Source: Octopus vulgaris (Eukaryota). Taken from it: a stretch of DNA of 64,000 bases. Position numbers and translations under genes: made by a program. Location: assembly GCA_951406725.2 (NCBI GenBank), contig OX597828.1, positions 50,220,001 through 50,284,000 of the forward strand, written 5' to 3'. This document shows, piece after piece, positions 53,164-64,000 of this stretch (positions are counted from its first letter, which is position 1; the number at the start of each line of letters is the position of its first letter). The notes under the pieces were generated by a model, which saw nothing but the letters and a program-made list of their open reading frames with translations, was not told where the DNA came from and made no database searches.

Positions 53164-53389
53164 TCACACATACATACATATGTCTATTTAGAATACTTTA
53201 TTTTCATATATAACACATAAACATGTGCATATTTTAGAACCTGGTCATTTTATAAGATTTTGCTGGTAAATTATAAAATTATAATAAACATTTACAAGAA
53301 AAAAAATCACCGGAGAACCTTCATCTAATTTTTCCAACTCTTTCTGTTAAAACTGTATTGAAACCATTTGTGGGTAATTTTTTTTTTAT

Positions 53390-53925
53390 CACAGCAACTG
53401 GTAGCACATTACAAGATTTAACGGAACCTACTGAAGCAAGCCAACGTGCTAGCAACATAACCACGGCGATGGCGAGACTAAGGCGGTGGGAAAGCCAAGC
53501 ACCATCACGGGCATCGCCTGGGTGAGGCGAGCTGTCAACATTGACAAGAACTTCGCAGTTAGTGGTCCAGTTCCTCCGAACGTCTCAAACGCCACAGGCT
53601 GGAAGAGATAGTTTACTGCCAAATCCCGATACTTTAGGGTTTTCTTCCTTTCGGCTACAGAAGCAGTGACCCTCTCATTAACTGCAGTATCCAGGATGTG
53701 GGAGGAAGCAAAGGAGTTGCAGACTGTGGAGTCTCAAATGTGGAACCTACCTCTAACCCAGGGACTGAGGGTAAGACCATCTGCATTCTTTCCATCACTT
53801 CTGGATAACCTCGACGGCTCCAGAGGTGAGGGGATATTAATCCGAGCCAGGGGCCGCTTAATGATTAAGTTTAGCTCGGTGTGCCGAGCGAAGCGACCAG
53901 CATTTAGGCGGCAAGACAGACCGTA
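53390..53925 (-). mobile_element. CRE-clade non-LTR retrotransposon C-terminal (RLE) fragment
   Basis: ARHTELN...LEPSRLSRSDGKNADGLTLSPW...AERKKTLKYRDL...FQPVAFETFG...RLSLAI on the minus strand. Confidence 0.8.
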
Positions 53926-54085
53926 ATGGTGTCGAAGTGAGAAGAATAGTTACTGGTAGAGAAGAAAAAACATAAGAAGTGTACAGGAGTTCAGTGTGAG
54001 TGTTGTATGTGTTTATGGATGTATGTGTGTGTGTTGTAAGTCGTATGTGCATGAATGTCTGTATGCATATGTGTATATATATTGT

Positions 54086-54447
54086 GGATGGAAGCACTCC
54101 GTCGGTTACGACGACGAGGACAGCCTGCTTGTGAAATTAACGTGTAAGTGGCTGAGCACTCCACAGACACGTGTACCCTTAACGTAGTTCTCGGGGATAT
54201 TCAGCGTGACACAGAGAGTGACAAGGCCGGCCCCTTGAAATACAGGTACAACAGAAACAGGAAGTAAGAGTGAGAGAAAGTTGTGGTGAAAGAGTACAGC
54301 AGGGATCACCACCATCCCCTGCCGGAGCCTCGTAGAGCTTTTAGGTGTTTTCGCTCAATAAATACTCACAACGCCCGGTCTGGGAATCGAAACCGCGATC
54401 CTATGACCGCGAGTCCGCTGCCCTAACCACTGGGCCATTGCGCCTCC
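54086..54447 (-). mobile_element. SINE family C, tail type 3
   Basis: TSD ATATATTGT at 54077-54085 and 54448-54456. Confidence 0.88.
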
Positions 54448-54536
54448 ATATATTGTAAGCTGCTGGTGTGTGTATAAATATATGCATCTATGTATGTGTG
54501 TGTGTGTGAGTGCGTGCATGAGATAGTAGGAGGTCA

Positions 54537-54595
<59 letters not shown>

Positions 54596-55714
54596 GAATG
54601 TGTGTGAGGGAGTCGTTAAGGTAATCGTTTGAGCGTGTGAGAACTCGTAGCGACTTTTTGTTCCCCATGTCTTGTATTTGTATTCGCGTAGTTATGTCTG
54701 GATAGGGTTGAATAAAAGTCAATGGGTTAAAAGTGTGAAAAAGGGTGTGTTTGTGTGATTTTGAGAAATCGTTGTGAATTTCTCTACATGCTGAGCGTGC
54801 GCGTGACGCGCATGTGTGGGACTGTTGATAAGCTTTTGTGAGAAGATGTTATATATACACGCACGTACACACACACACACACACGCATGTACACGCACAC
54901 ACACACACACACCAAGAAACAAACGCATGCACACATGCATGCAAATATTCAGGCACATGTATTTGCATACGGCATTGAGTATTTATGGGTATTTAGTGAT
55001 TATATGCAAATTTTTAAGGATATAATTACGATTGTGGGAACAGGGAAGCTCTATATAAGATCTATTTGTGTGCAAAAAGATATGGAATGCCATACGGATA
55101 TAAATATGTATGTAAGTAGCTGTAAACTGGGAAATGAGAGAAAGGGATGGGGTTATGGAAGAGGAATAGTAATTCAGGAGTAAAAATAACGTAGAATTGA
55201 AACATGTAAAGAAAGATGTATGTAAAGATAAATGCAAATAACTATTAAGAAAGGAAATGGTAATACAAACATATACATACATACATATACATGCATACAT
55301 ATACATGCATGCCATGCATACATACATATACATATACATACATATACATACATACATACATACATACATACATACACATACATACACACATACATACATA
55401 CATATACATACACATACATACACATACATACATACATATATATATACATACATACACATACATACATACATACATACATACATACATACATACATACATA
55501 CATACATACATACATACATACATACATACATACCTACATACATATATTTATGTTTTTATAAATTAGATTTTAACAGAAGGAAATTTCAAAGTGCCGGTAT
55601 CATCGCATGAGATGAATTAAAAAGGAGAATAGCGGCGGGGTGGTGATGAAAGTACTATACTGATAAATGTATGTTGCATAACGTTTTTAACACCGGATTT
55701 TTATACTGAGAGCA

Positions 55715-56041
55715 TATCCTTTCTTGTTTTGGAACCCATGGGATTGCATCTAGAAAGTTACCCTCTGAGATACAAGTCCAGAAAAGGTTGTTTATCGAAG
55801 ACCAGCAGTTGCCATACACCCCCCCCTGTCCATGTCACTGACGTTAGCTACGAGAAAGGCAATGGCCGATATCGCTAGGCAGCAGTGATGTCGCAACTCA
55901 TTTCTACAGTTGAGTGAACTGTAGCAATGTGGAATAAAGTGTCTTGCTCAAGAACACAACACAGTCCGGGGTCCAGGAATCGAACTCATTACCCCATGAT
56001 TGTGAGCCCGACGTTCTAACAACTGAACCATGCGTCTTCAC
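55715..56041 (-). mobile_element. tRNA-derived SINE (body like 44347-44603, different tail)
   Basis: B box GAGTTCGATTCC; TTGTGTTCTTGAGCAAGACAC core. Confidence 0.72.
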
Positions 56042-56073
56042 ATAATGCATACATACACACATATATGTATATA

Positions 56074-56170
<97 letters not shown>

Positions 56171-56459
56171 GTGTGAGTTAGAGGTTGGGAAACCAACCAA
56201 CTAAGGGATAGTATCTATCCAATATACTGATGGTAGTGTGCCCAATTATTCATACCCAAGAGCTGGTTACTGCGTGGCAATCTCGCAGTTGAGTGTTATA
56301 TATGAGCAGGGGTAAAAAATGGTTTACTCTTAATTTATACTGCAAAAAGGAAAATGGAAAGGATACAAAAACGACATACATCAGCCGGTAGACATTCTAG
56401 TATGTCTATTTATTCCAAAGTATTAGAAAGTATTAGAGGAATACAAACACATGTATTAA

Positions 56460-56673
56460 CTGTGTGTCAAGCGATGTTGGGGGGACAAACACAGACACAC
56501 ATACATATATATACGACGGGCTTCTTTCAGTTTCTGTCTACCAAATTCACTCACAAGGTTTTGGTCGGCTCGAAGCTATAGTAGAAGACACCTGCCCAAG
56601 GTGCCACGCAGTGGGATTGAACCCGGAACCATGTGGTTGGTAAGCAAGCTACTTACCACAACCACTCATACGC
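56460..56673 (-). mobile_element. SINE family A, partial
   Basis: Homologous to 40446-40912. Confidence 0.82.
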
Positions 56674-57329
56674 CATATATATGTGTGAATGCATTTGTGT
56701 TTATCTATGTGTGTGTACGTGTGCATATGCGTACGCCTATGTAAGTGCGAGCATTTGAAGTCCAGAGGTTTATGTCAGCGTGTCCATCAGGAAAAGTTAT
56801 AAGCCAGTTTCATAAAGCTTATTTAACCATATCTTGTTATAGTACAGCCTTATTTCCCATGGAGGGACACTGAATTATCATTGGCTCAGTCTCTAGAGCT
56901 GTTGAGAGGCACCAAATAGAGGCACAAAACTCACAACGTCAATAGTTGTATACGAATGTCCGATTACTGTATTGAGCACAAATCCTCTGATGGGAGTAGA
57001 AGAAGCAACAGCTTCTGTTACACCCTCAATGGACCATTATATATAACTACGTTCTGTTACACCCTCAATGACGACAATTCTTCAGAAATTCTTCGTTATA
57101 CAATAATACAGTTCCTGCTGCTACTACTACGGTTGCACCTTCGGAAGAAGTGGAAGAGGTGTCCCAGGAAAGGGCACTGCCGTCAGCTTCATCAGCACCA
57201 TTTCTACTGCGCAGCAAATTCATCACCATTATCATTCAAATTTTACTTCAACTTCTTTCGTGTTGAGTACAGTACCAATCTTTATATTTTTAATCAAAAG
57301 TGTTATTGCTTAACAGTTGTCCTCGTTAT

Positions 57330-57484
57330 TAATAGACTACTGTAATGGGTAGGTTGTTAACAGTACAGGAAGGGTTCTAAAAGTTTAAATACGCGTTAAA
57401 TAAATACTGTAAATATGGTGTCCCTACTTCACGGACATTCGTTTATCGCGGCCGGTCTCGGAACCAATCTAGCGCGAAAAACGC
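57330..57484. mobile_element. Tigger/pogo-like terminal fragment abutting duplication arm B
   Basis: TACTTCACGGAC..TTATCGCGG..CTCGGAAC..GCGAAAAACG, resembling the MITE ends at 17094-17304. Confidence 0.4.
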
Positions 57485-59330
57485 TACTTTATATATTATG
57501 GTGGAGTTGCTATAAAAAAAAAGTAGCGCTTCAAAGATTGTTGTTCTTGTCTCAATACTTTGGAATCAATTCAGACCCAGCAGTTTCATTTTCCATCCCA
57601 CGGACGTCCGTAAAGGAAGTACCAGTTATATATAATGGTCCAGTCTATAGAGTTTATATTCTCCAGCTTTTACAGTATCACCTAAATAAACGAAGTGATT
57701 TTATTTAAGTAGTAGAAATTACCTCAACATTTGTTGAAGAAGGAAATAGAAGGAGGAAGAGGAGAAGAAGAGAGAAGAGAACGACTAAGAGAAAGAGAGA
57801 GGCAGTGTCAGAGAAGGTTAAATTGTTTACATTACAAAACCCTAACAGACAGTTATTTATAAACTGCGCATCGATTTATTCCTGCCTTCATGTTGGGAAT
57901 AATAAAGACATCTGATGGTTTTATTTATATAGAAAACGTTGACTTGTACTTCAATGAATAACAAATTGTATTAATAGCTGCATGTTATATACCAACCTTC
58001 ATCAATGTTCGGAGTTCAATTCTGCTAAACAACCGGTAACATATAGGGCTAATTCAAATTGTTACACTGGAGTTCATTATGGAAGAATTTGTGTCACAAG
58101 AAAGAATATCATACATATACACGCATACATACATACATTTACGCATAGACACGTTTCATTTCGTTTTATATGGTTCCATGAGCTCCAGCTACGACCACCC
58201 AGCTGAAGAATAAACCACTCTCATTATCCTCTATACTGAAAAACAATATTACCACACATGTATATTATTGATTCGCGGGAAATAAATGGTTGAAGAGATG
58301 TATAAGTTCCAAAATTGATTCTCAAGCTTTCTATAAGAATCTCGATTCTTGCCAAATACAAAACAGCATCTTTATCTTGTGAAGCTACATATTACAATGA
58401 TTTGAAACATCATAGATTCCACGTTACTTTTACCTCAATTACTCTGTCAGATTGGATCAGGCAATCGTGAAATTTCCTTCTGCGTGTGACAGATCATCAG
58501 CAATAACTTTTCTGCCCGAGAAATGATGGTCTCTACTACCAAGACTGTCGGTTCTTACATCAGTGTAAAATATAGCAACTTCAGTTTTCTCTGTCTTAGT
58601 GGATTGGAAAATATATATCGTGGGAAGATAATAGACGTTGGCAATACATTAAGTCAGTTTATTCAGAGTATGGATACAATCGATTCAGTCAAGTCTGATA
58701 TAGTTCTATAATGATTTTACGACAAAAAAAATCTAAACAAAGATGTCAGTCACCACTAGAGTTTTTGAATTCAGAAGAGTGAGAATTTGCGAAAGAGTAA
58801 AGAATTCAGAATGGTGAGGCACTATGTTAGCAATCACTATATAAAATACCAAGAACTAATTCATAAAAATATCAAACGACCAAACAAGTGGTTGATGTTA
58901 TTATTGAGAATTTTTCTTTAAATCAGGGAAAATGAAAATATTTTATACATAAATTACAATTAATGATTCAAAAACAATGGAGAGGAAAAATAATTGAATG
59001 ATAGAATGTTGTCTGATGATATTGATGTCATATTATGAATTATTTCCATCATTCTCATTAACACCCACACTTTCTGTTACGTCATTGTTCCTTTCTTTCA
59101 CAAACTCTTCACCATCTCTCTCTCATTTCTCCTTGTCCTCTTTTCCTCTTCTTTGAATCCTAATGAATGTCTATTGGAAACAATGCCCTTGAAATATTTA
59201 GATAAAACTTATTTCAAAGAGCTGTACATACGTTTATGCAAATTATAATATTTATATATTTATAAGTAAACAAAGGATAAAGATACGTGTGTGTATATAG
59301 ATGTGAGAGTGTGAGTATTTCAGTATGTGT
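57485..59330. repeat. Arm B of ~1.9-kb inverted duplication
   Basis: See 28670-30580. Confidence 0.95.
58523..58711 (+). CDS. Candidate 62-aa small ORF in arm B (59/62 identical to arm A)
   Basis: ORF track; coding status unproven. Confidence 0.2.
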   Translation: MMVSTTKTVGSYISVKYSNFSFLCLSGLENIYRGKIIDVGNTLSQFIQSMDTIDSVKSDIVL

Positions 59331-59720
59331 GTATTTGTAATGAGTGAGCTTGTGTACAACTGTTGTGCACAAATTATTTATATGACAAATTGCAGCCCCT
59401 ACTCTAGCCCCGTCTTCACTAAATAGTTTAGTACAATATCCGTATTTAGAGAATTTCATTCTGAGGACTAGTGTTCTCAATCGCCATCTTCTCAGCCCGG
59501 CTGTATAGATGAATTAGGAGTGTTGCTTTGTGTTAATATTCTACAATAGCCTATGGCCAATCACAAACAGCCTTACTTCACCGATTTTCAATAGTGGAAG
59601 TTGAAACCAGGGCTATAATAGGAACTATATTCCTTACATATACACCCGGACTGTGAAGCTGTAGGAAAATTTATGAAAAAGAATTATAATCTAAAAAGAA
59701 ACTTGCTTCCTTCCTAAAAA

Positions 59721-60135
59721 GGCGGTGAGCTGGCAGAAACGTTAGCCCGCCGGGCGAAATGCTTAGCGGTATTTCGTCTGCCGTTACGTTCAGAGTTCAA
59801 ATTCCGCTGAGGTCGACTTTGCCTTTCATCCTTTCGGGGTCGATTAAATAAGTACCAGTTACACACTAGGGTCGATATAATCGACTTAATCCGTTTGCCT
59901 GTCCTTGTTTGTCCTCTCTGTGATTAGCCCCTTATGGTAGTAAAGAAATAGGTATTTCGTCTGCCGCTATGTTCTGAGTTCAAATTTCGCCGAGGTCGAC
60001 TTAGCCCTTCATCCTTTCGGAGTCGATTAAATAAGTACCAGTTACGCACTGGGGTCGATGTAATCGACTTAATCCCTTCGTCTGTCTTTGTTTGACCCAT
60101 CTATGTTTAGCCCTTTGTGGGCAGTAAAGAAATAA
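59721..60135 (+). mobile_element. Tandem dimer of SINE family B (second unit 5'-truncated), tail type 1
   Basis: Unit 1 59721-59950, unit 2 59951-60135; both end AGTAAAGAAATA. Confidence 0.88.
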
Positions 60136-60285
60136 GAAACTTGCTTCTTAACCACATAGATATGGATTCATTCCCACTGCGTGGAATTTTGGGCAAGTGT
60201 CTTCTACTTTAGCCACTGGCCGACGAAAGCCTAGTGAGTGGATTTAGGAGATGAAAACTGAAACAGGTCCCCCGTGTGTATATAT

Positions 60286-61079
60286 TGTTACGACCTGGTA
60301 TCCATAAACCGAATCTACACAACCAACAATGACGGGGTAAACTCAAAACAACAACACACCATGAAGTTTTTAAAAAATATTATTAGCAATTAAGCGTACA
60401 CAACATACACAAACAACTTACATACAAACAAATATATAGGAACAAATAAATTAATGCTACACTAGACGTGCAGTCAAAATATTTACAAAAGTAAAATATA
60501 TACAGTTTAGAAATTTGGATTTAGAAATTTGGATTCATAAACTTGATTTCATAAATTTGGTTTCACTGGATTCATATATTTGGATTCATATTTGTTTTCA
60601 TAAATTTGTTTTCATAGGCGCAGGAGTGGCTGTGTGGTAAGTAGCTTGCTAACATGGTTCCGGGTTCAGTCCCACTGCGTGGCATCTTGGGCAAGTGTCT
60701 TCTACTATAGCCTCGGGCCGACCAATGCCTTGTGAGTGGATTTGGTAGACAGAAACTGAAAGAAGTCTGTCGTATATATGTATATATATATATGTGTGTA
60801 TGTTGAGTGTCTGTGTTTGTCCCCCTAGCATTGCTTGACAACCGATGCTGGTGTGTTTACGTCCCCGTCACTTAGCGGTTCGGCAAAAAGAGACCGATAG
60901 AATAAGTACTGGGCTTACAAAGTCCCGGGGTCGATTTGTTCGACTAAATAAAAAAAAATAAAATAAAAAAAATATATTTGTTTTCATAATTTTGTTTTCA
61001 TAAATTTGGATTCCGAAATTTGGTTTTATAAATTTGGTTTCATAAATTTGGTTTTCGAAATTTGAACCCAGATGTGACA
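60286..61079 (-). mobile_element. Probable 3' LTR of the gypsy element, with ~14-bp tandem repeats and a SINE insertion
   Basis: TGTTAC...GTGACA termini; AAATTTGGTTTCAT-like repeats; family-A SINE at ~60617-60950. Confidence 0.6.
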
Positions 61080-61175
61080 CAAATTATTTAAATCTGACAA
61101 TTATTTAAATCTGACCCCTGAAGTTTCTATGGGAACTTACCTAGTTGCAAACAACATTACAGGGACACCATGATC

Positions 61176-62033
61176 TCAATCCTCCTCATGTTCCAGACAA
61201 TAAGTTCGCAACATATTCTTCAACACTTGGGGGTAACGTTCTAAGGCTCCCTGTGCTTGTGGCTGATACGCTGTAGAAGGAAGCTGTTTGATCGCCAACT
61301 TATACATAAATATCTGGAAGACGCTTGACATGAAATTGGATCCCCGATCTGACTGAATTTCTTCTGGAAAACCGAACTGGGTGAATAACTTCACCAAAGC
61401 ATCAGATACAGTAGTTGCAGAAACTTCTTTCAATGGAATTGCCTCTGGATACCCAGTCGCCTGATCCAGTACAGCGAATAAGTAGCGATATCCTGACTTT
61501 GTTCTGGGCAATGGACCAACCACATCAATAATAATCCTGGAAAAGAGTTCTTTTACAGCCGCAATGGGTTTTAAGGGCGCCTTTCCGATGGTTGCATTGG
61601 GTTTTCCCACTAACTGACATGTTTTACAACTTCTACAATAACTAGCAACATCAGAAAATAAACTTGGCCAATAAAAGTGCTGTAAAATTCTATACTTGGT
61701 TTTTCCAGCCAATGGAATATTGTGTACCAGATTCATAATATCAAGTCTATACTCTTTTAGGACAACAATTTTCTCCCTAACTTGCCAATGATCAGATACT
61801 GAGACATCATGTGGCCTCCACGTCCTCATTAAAACACCATCATGAAGATAAAAACATATTGGTAACTTCTCTGCTTCTTTCTCTGAGAAAGCTCTTGTAT
61901 AAAACTTGCTTAAACTGCAATCCTCTTTCTGCTTAAGGATTAAAGTTTCCTTGTCTGCTTTGAATTCATCTTCACTCGGATAAGTAGGCTCCTCACAACC
62001 AGAATTCGGATCCACAAGGAAAGTCTTAGACAA
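61176..62033 (-). pseudogene. Gypsy integrase (H2C2 zinc finger + rve core)
   Basis: RILQHFYWP...CRSCKTCQ; FSRIIIDVVGPLP; IQSDRGSNF; AYQPQAQGALER. Confidence 0.92.
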
Positions 62034-62035
62034 AG

Positions 62036-62668
62036 CTATGCTATCATCATTAACTGAACTAACGTTAGATCCTTCACACTAGCCTCACTATTCATATCCG
62101 TGGTCTGGGACCAAGTCACTGCACATTCAGGAAATATTCCTGGATACAATGTCTCTAACTTTGCTGTCTCTTGATCAGTTTCAGGTTTAGACTGCACAAT
62201 AGGAACTGCATAAACTTTATCACCTGCAATATCATTGCCTAACAAAAGATCCACACCATCAATAAGGAAAGTGGTACCTAATCCAACAGTAACTGGACCT
62301 ACTACATATTTACAATCAAAGTGAATTTGATACAAAGGAATGGAATCATATCCTGTTGTAACACCTTTAATTAATACTTCCTTTCCTAAAGATGTCAGCA
62401 TGCTAATAGGTATAGCATCATACTTTAAGAGGGTTTGTTCTTCACTAGTATCTCTAAAAAGTGTAACAGACTTAGGGGTAGACGAACTGTCAGAAGTAGC
62501 ATCAATACTAAAACTATCCACACCTGAAGCCATAACTAAGTCTGCATCAGCAGCATCAGAAATACCCACATCTGGGTCCAACTTAATCTTCGACGAAACC
62601 CTTGTATCTGAAAAACACTTAAAACCTGAGGGCACAGCTACCTCTACAGAACCTACAACGTTTGACAA
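62036..62668 (-). pseudogene. Gypsy aspartic protease region (degenerate)
   Basis: VTLFRDTS (LRDTG-like)...GVDLLLGNDIAG. Confidence 0.8.
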
Positions 62669-62739
62669 ATCACAACACTTAAAAGCTGCTTCAAGAACAG
62701 CTCGATCTCTGGACTGACCTGCTTCAACTGCCTCCTTAG

Positions 62740-63471
62740 CCTTTAACTTTCTACTATCAGCAATTAAGTGTCCGGGAGTCTTACAGTAGTGGCAGGATTT
62801 AGAAGAAGCACTATAGTGAGCCTTCTGCTGCTTCTGACCTACTTCTGTTTTCTGAGTAACACCATCTGACTTGATAAACTGTTTTTATTGTCATCCTTTT
62901 GTAGACGCTTGCCGTGAATCAATGCATACTCGTCTGCAAGTTTTGCTGCTTCAGCTAAAGTATTATCCTGCCTTTCAGCTACAAAACTCTCACGTCATAG
63001 GGAGACTTATTCAAGAACTCTTCTATCAGCATTAACTCTTCCAACTGACCGAAAGTATTAACTTTTTTTAGACCTAAGCCACTTATCCCACATTACGCTT
63101 TTTGTCTAGTGAATTTTATGTACGAATCGGAGGAATTTTTCCAAGCTTGCCTAAACTTTTGCCGGTACACTTTAGCTACCTGTTCATGATAATCTAATAT
63201 CTTCTGTTTAACTAAGCCATAATCTTTGCAATCAGCTACACTCATAACAGAGTAAGCTGAGTTTGATGTAGTACTGACCACTTATTTTTAGGCCATTTCA
63301 ATAACTCATCTGAGAATTATCCAAATCACTATCCTGAAATCTAGTAACAAATTTACTAGCACTAGCAATGTTAAAGCGTTTAAACGGAGTAGCAACATCA
63401 GCCTTCTCAGGTTCAGAATCAATTTGATTAGCTTTTAATTTTAGTTCTAACACTTGAAGTTCACACGCCTG

Positions 63472-63508
<37 letters not shown>

Positions 63509-63900
63509 TTTTAAGTCAATTTCTAACCGATCTCTATCGGCGACACGTTCTTCTTGTTCTAACTTAATTTCAGCTTCGCGTTTTTCTTTTTCTAAGCTAA
63601 TTTGCAATCTTAACTTTCCAAGTTCATAAGCCATCATTCTTTCACTAGCTGATAATTGAGGGGTGACTGAATCACCGATGGAAGACATTTTACCCTCAAC
63701 AATTAGGGCTTGTTTCACATCCAAAAAAAAAAAAAAAAAAAAAAAATTTTAAGACTACTTGCGGATACTTCTAAACCAATTTTAGCACTCACCTCGACAA
63801 GCGCATCTTTGTTTAACTGCTGAAGTTCCCTCAGAGTGATGGTATCTTTCTGCAGTAAGGCTTCTGCCATGGTGCACCCAATGACTACCGTAGTCAACAA
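62740..63900 (-). pseudogene. Gypsy gag: coiled coil, SCAN-like capsid region, zinc knuckle (frameshifted)
   Basis: DYGLVKQKIL...YRQKFR; LEELMLIEEF; CHYCKTPGHLIAD. Confidence 0.8.
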
Positions 63901-64000
63901 TATAGTAAGACACCAGTTAATACAGATTTACAAATAATACCTAAATGGTAATATTTAACAAAAGGCTCTTTTATAGTTTACTAAATTATATATATTTTTT

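Noticed and set aside
58507-58575. Alternative frame LFCPRNDGLYYQDCRFLHQCKI resembling a chitin-binding repeat start
   Set aside because: Only 22 codons between two stops, with no usable splice sites and no remaining cysteines
58451-58745. In-frame TGA in FCV*Q upstream of the 62-aa ORF plus RTGA..AA..GA after the stop (selenoprotein/SECIS idea)
   Set aside because: Putative SECIS helix pairs poorly and lies in the most diverged block; the peptide has no thioredoxin-fold resemblance. A SECISearch run would settle it
60505-61066. Regularly spaced ~14-bp repeats (CRISPR-like at a glance)
   Set aside because: Tandem units without unique spacers, inside a probable LTR in eukaryotic DNA; no cas genes

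Overview
AT-rich, repeat-saturated eukaryotic DNA with no host protein-coding gene that I can support. The SINE families and microsatellite load suggest an Octopus-like cephalopod genome (inference). Nearly all of it is a stack of transposon relics: tRNA-derived SINEs of three families; LINE fragments of the L1/Tx1, R4-like, CRE, RTE and CR1 clades; Penelope-like elements with degenerate hammerhead ribozymes; three mariners, a Tc1, a piggyBac, MITEs, a Helitron; and a Gmr1-type gypsy element at the right end. Most long ORFs in the supplied track are microsatellite artefacts. The least explained structure is a ~1.9-kb inverted duplication (~28670-30580 vs ~57485-59330) bracketing ~27 kb. It is a mosaic of near-identical and diverged blocks, with a ~250-bp identical core overlapping a 62-codon ORF present in both copies. 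Other highlights: a young Tx1-like LINE sitting inside a (TATC)n array whose 3' end resembles a SINE tail; one SINE body carrying at least four swappable tails; a five-fold CCAAT+CRE promoter array in a Penelope-like repeat; and a 141-bp-arm palindrome. All alignments were done by eye, so boundaries are approximate.
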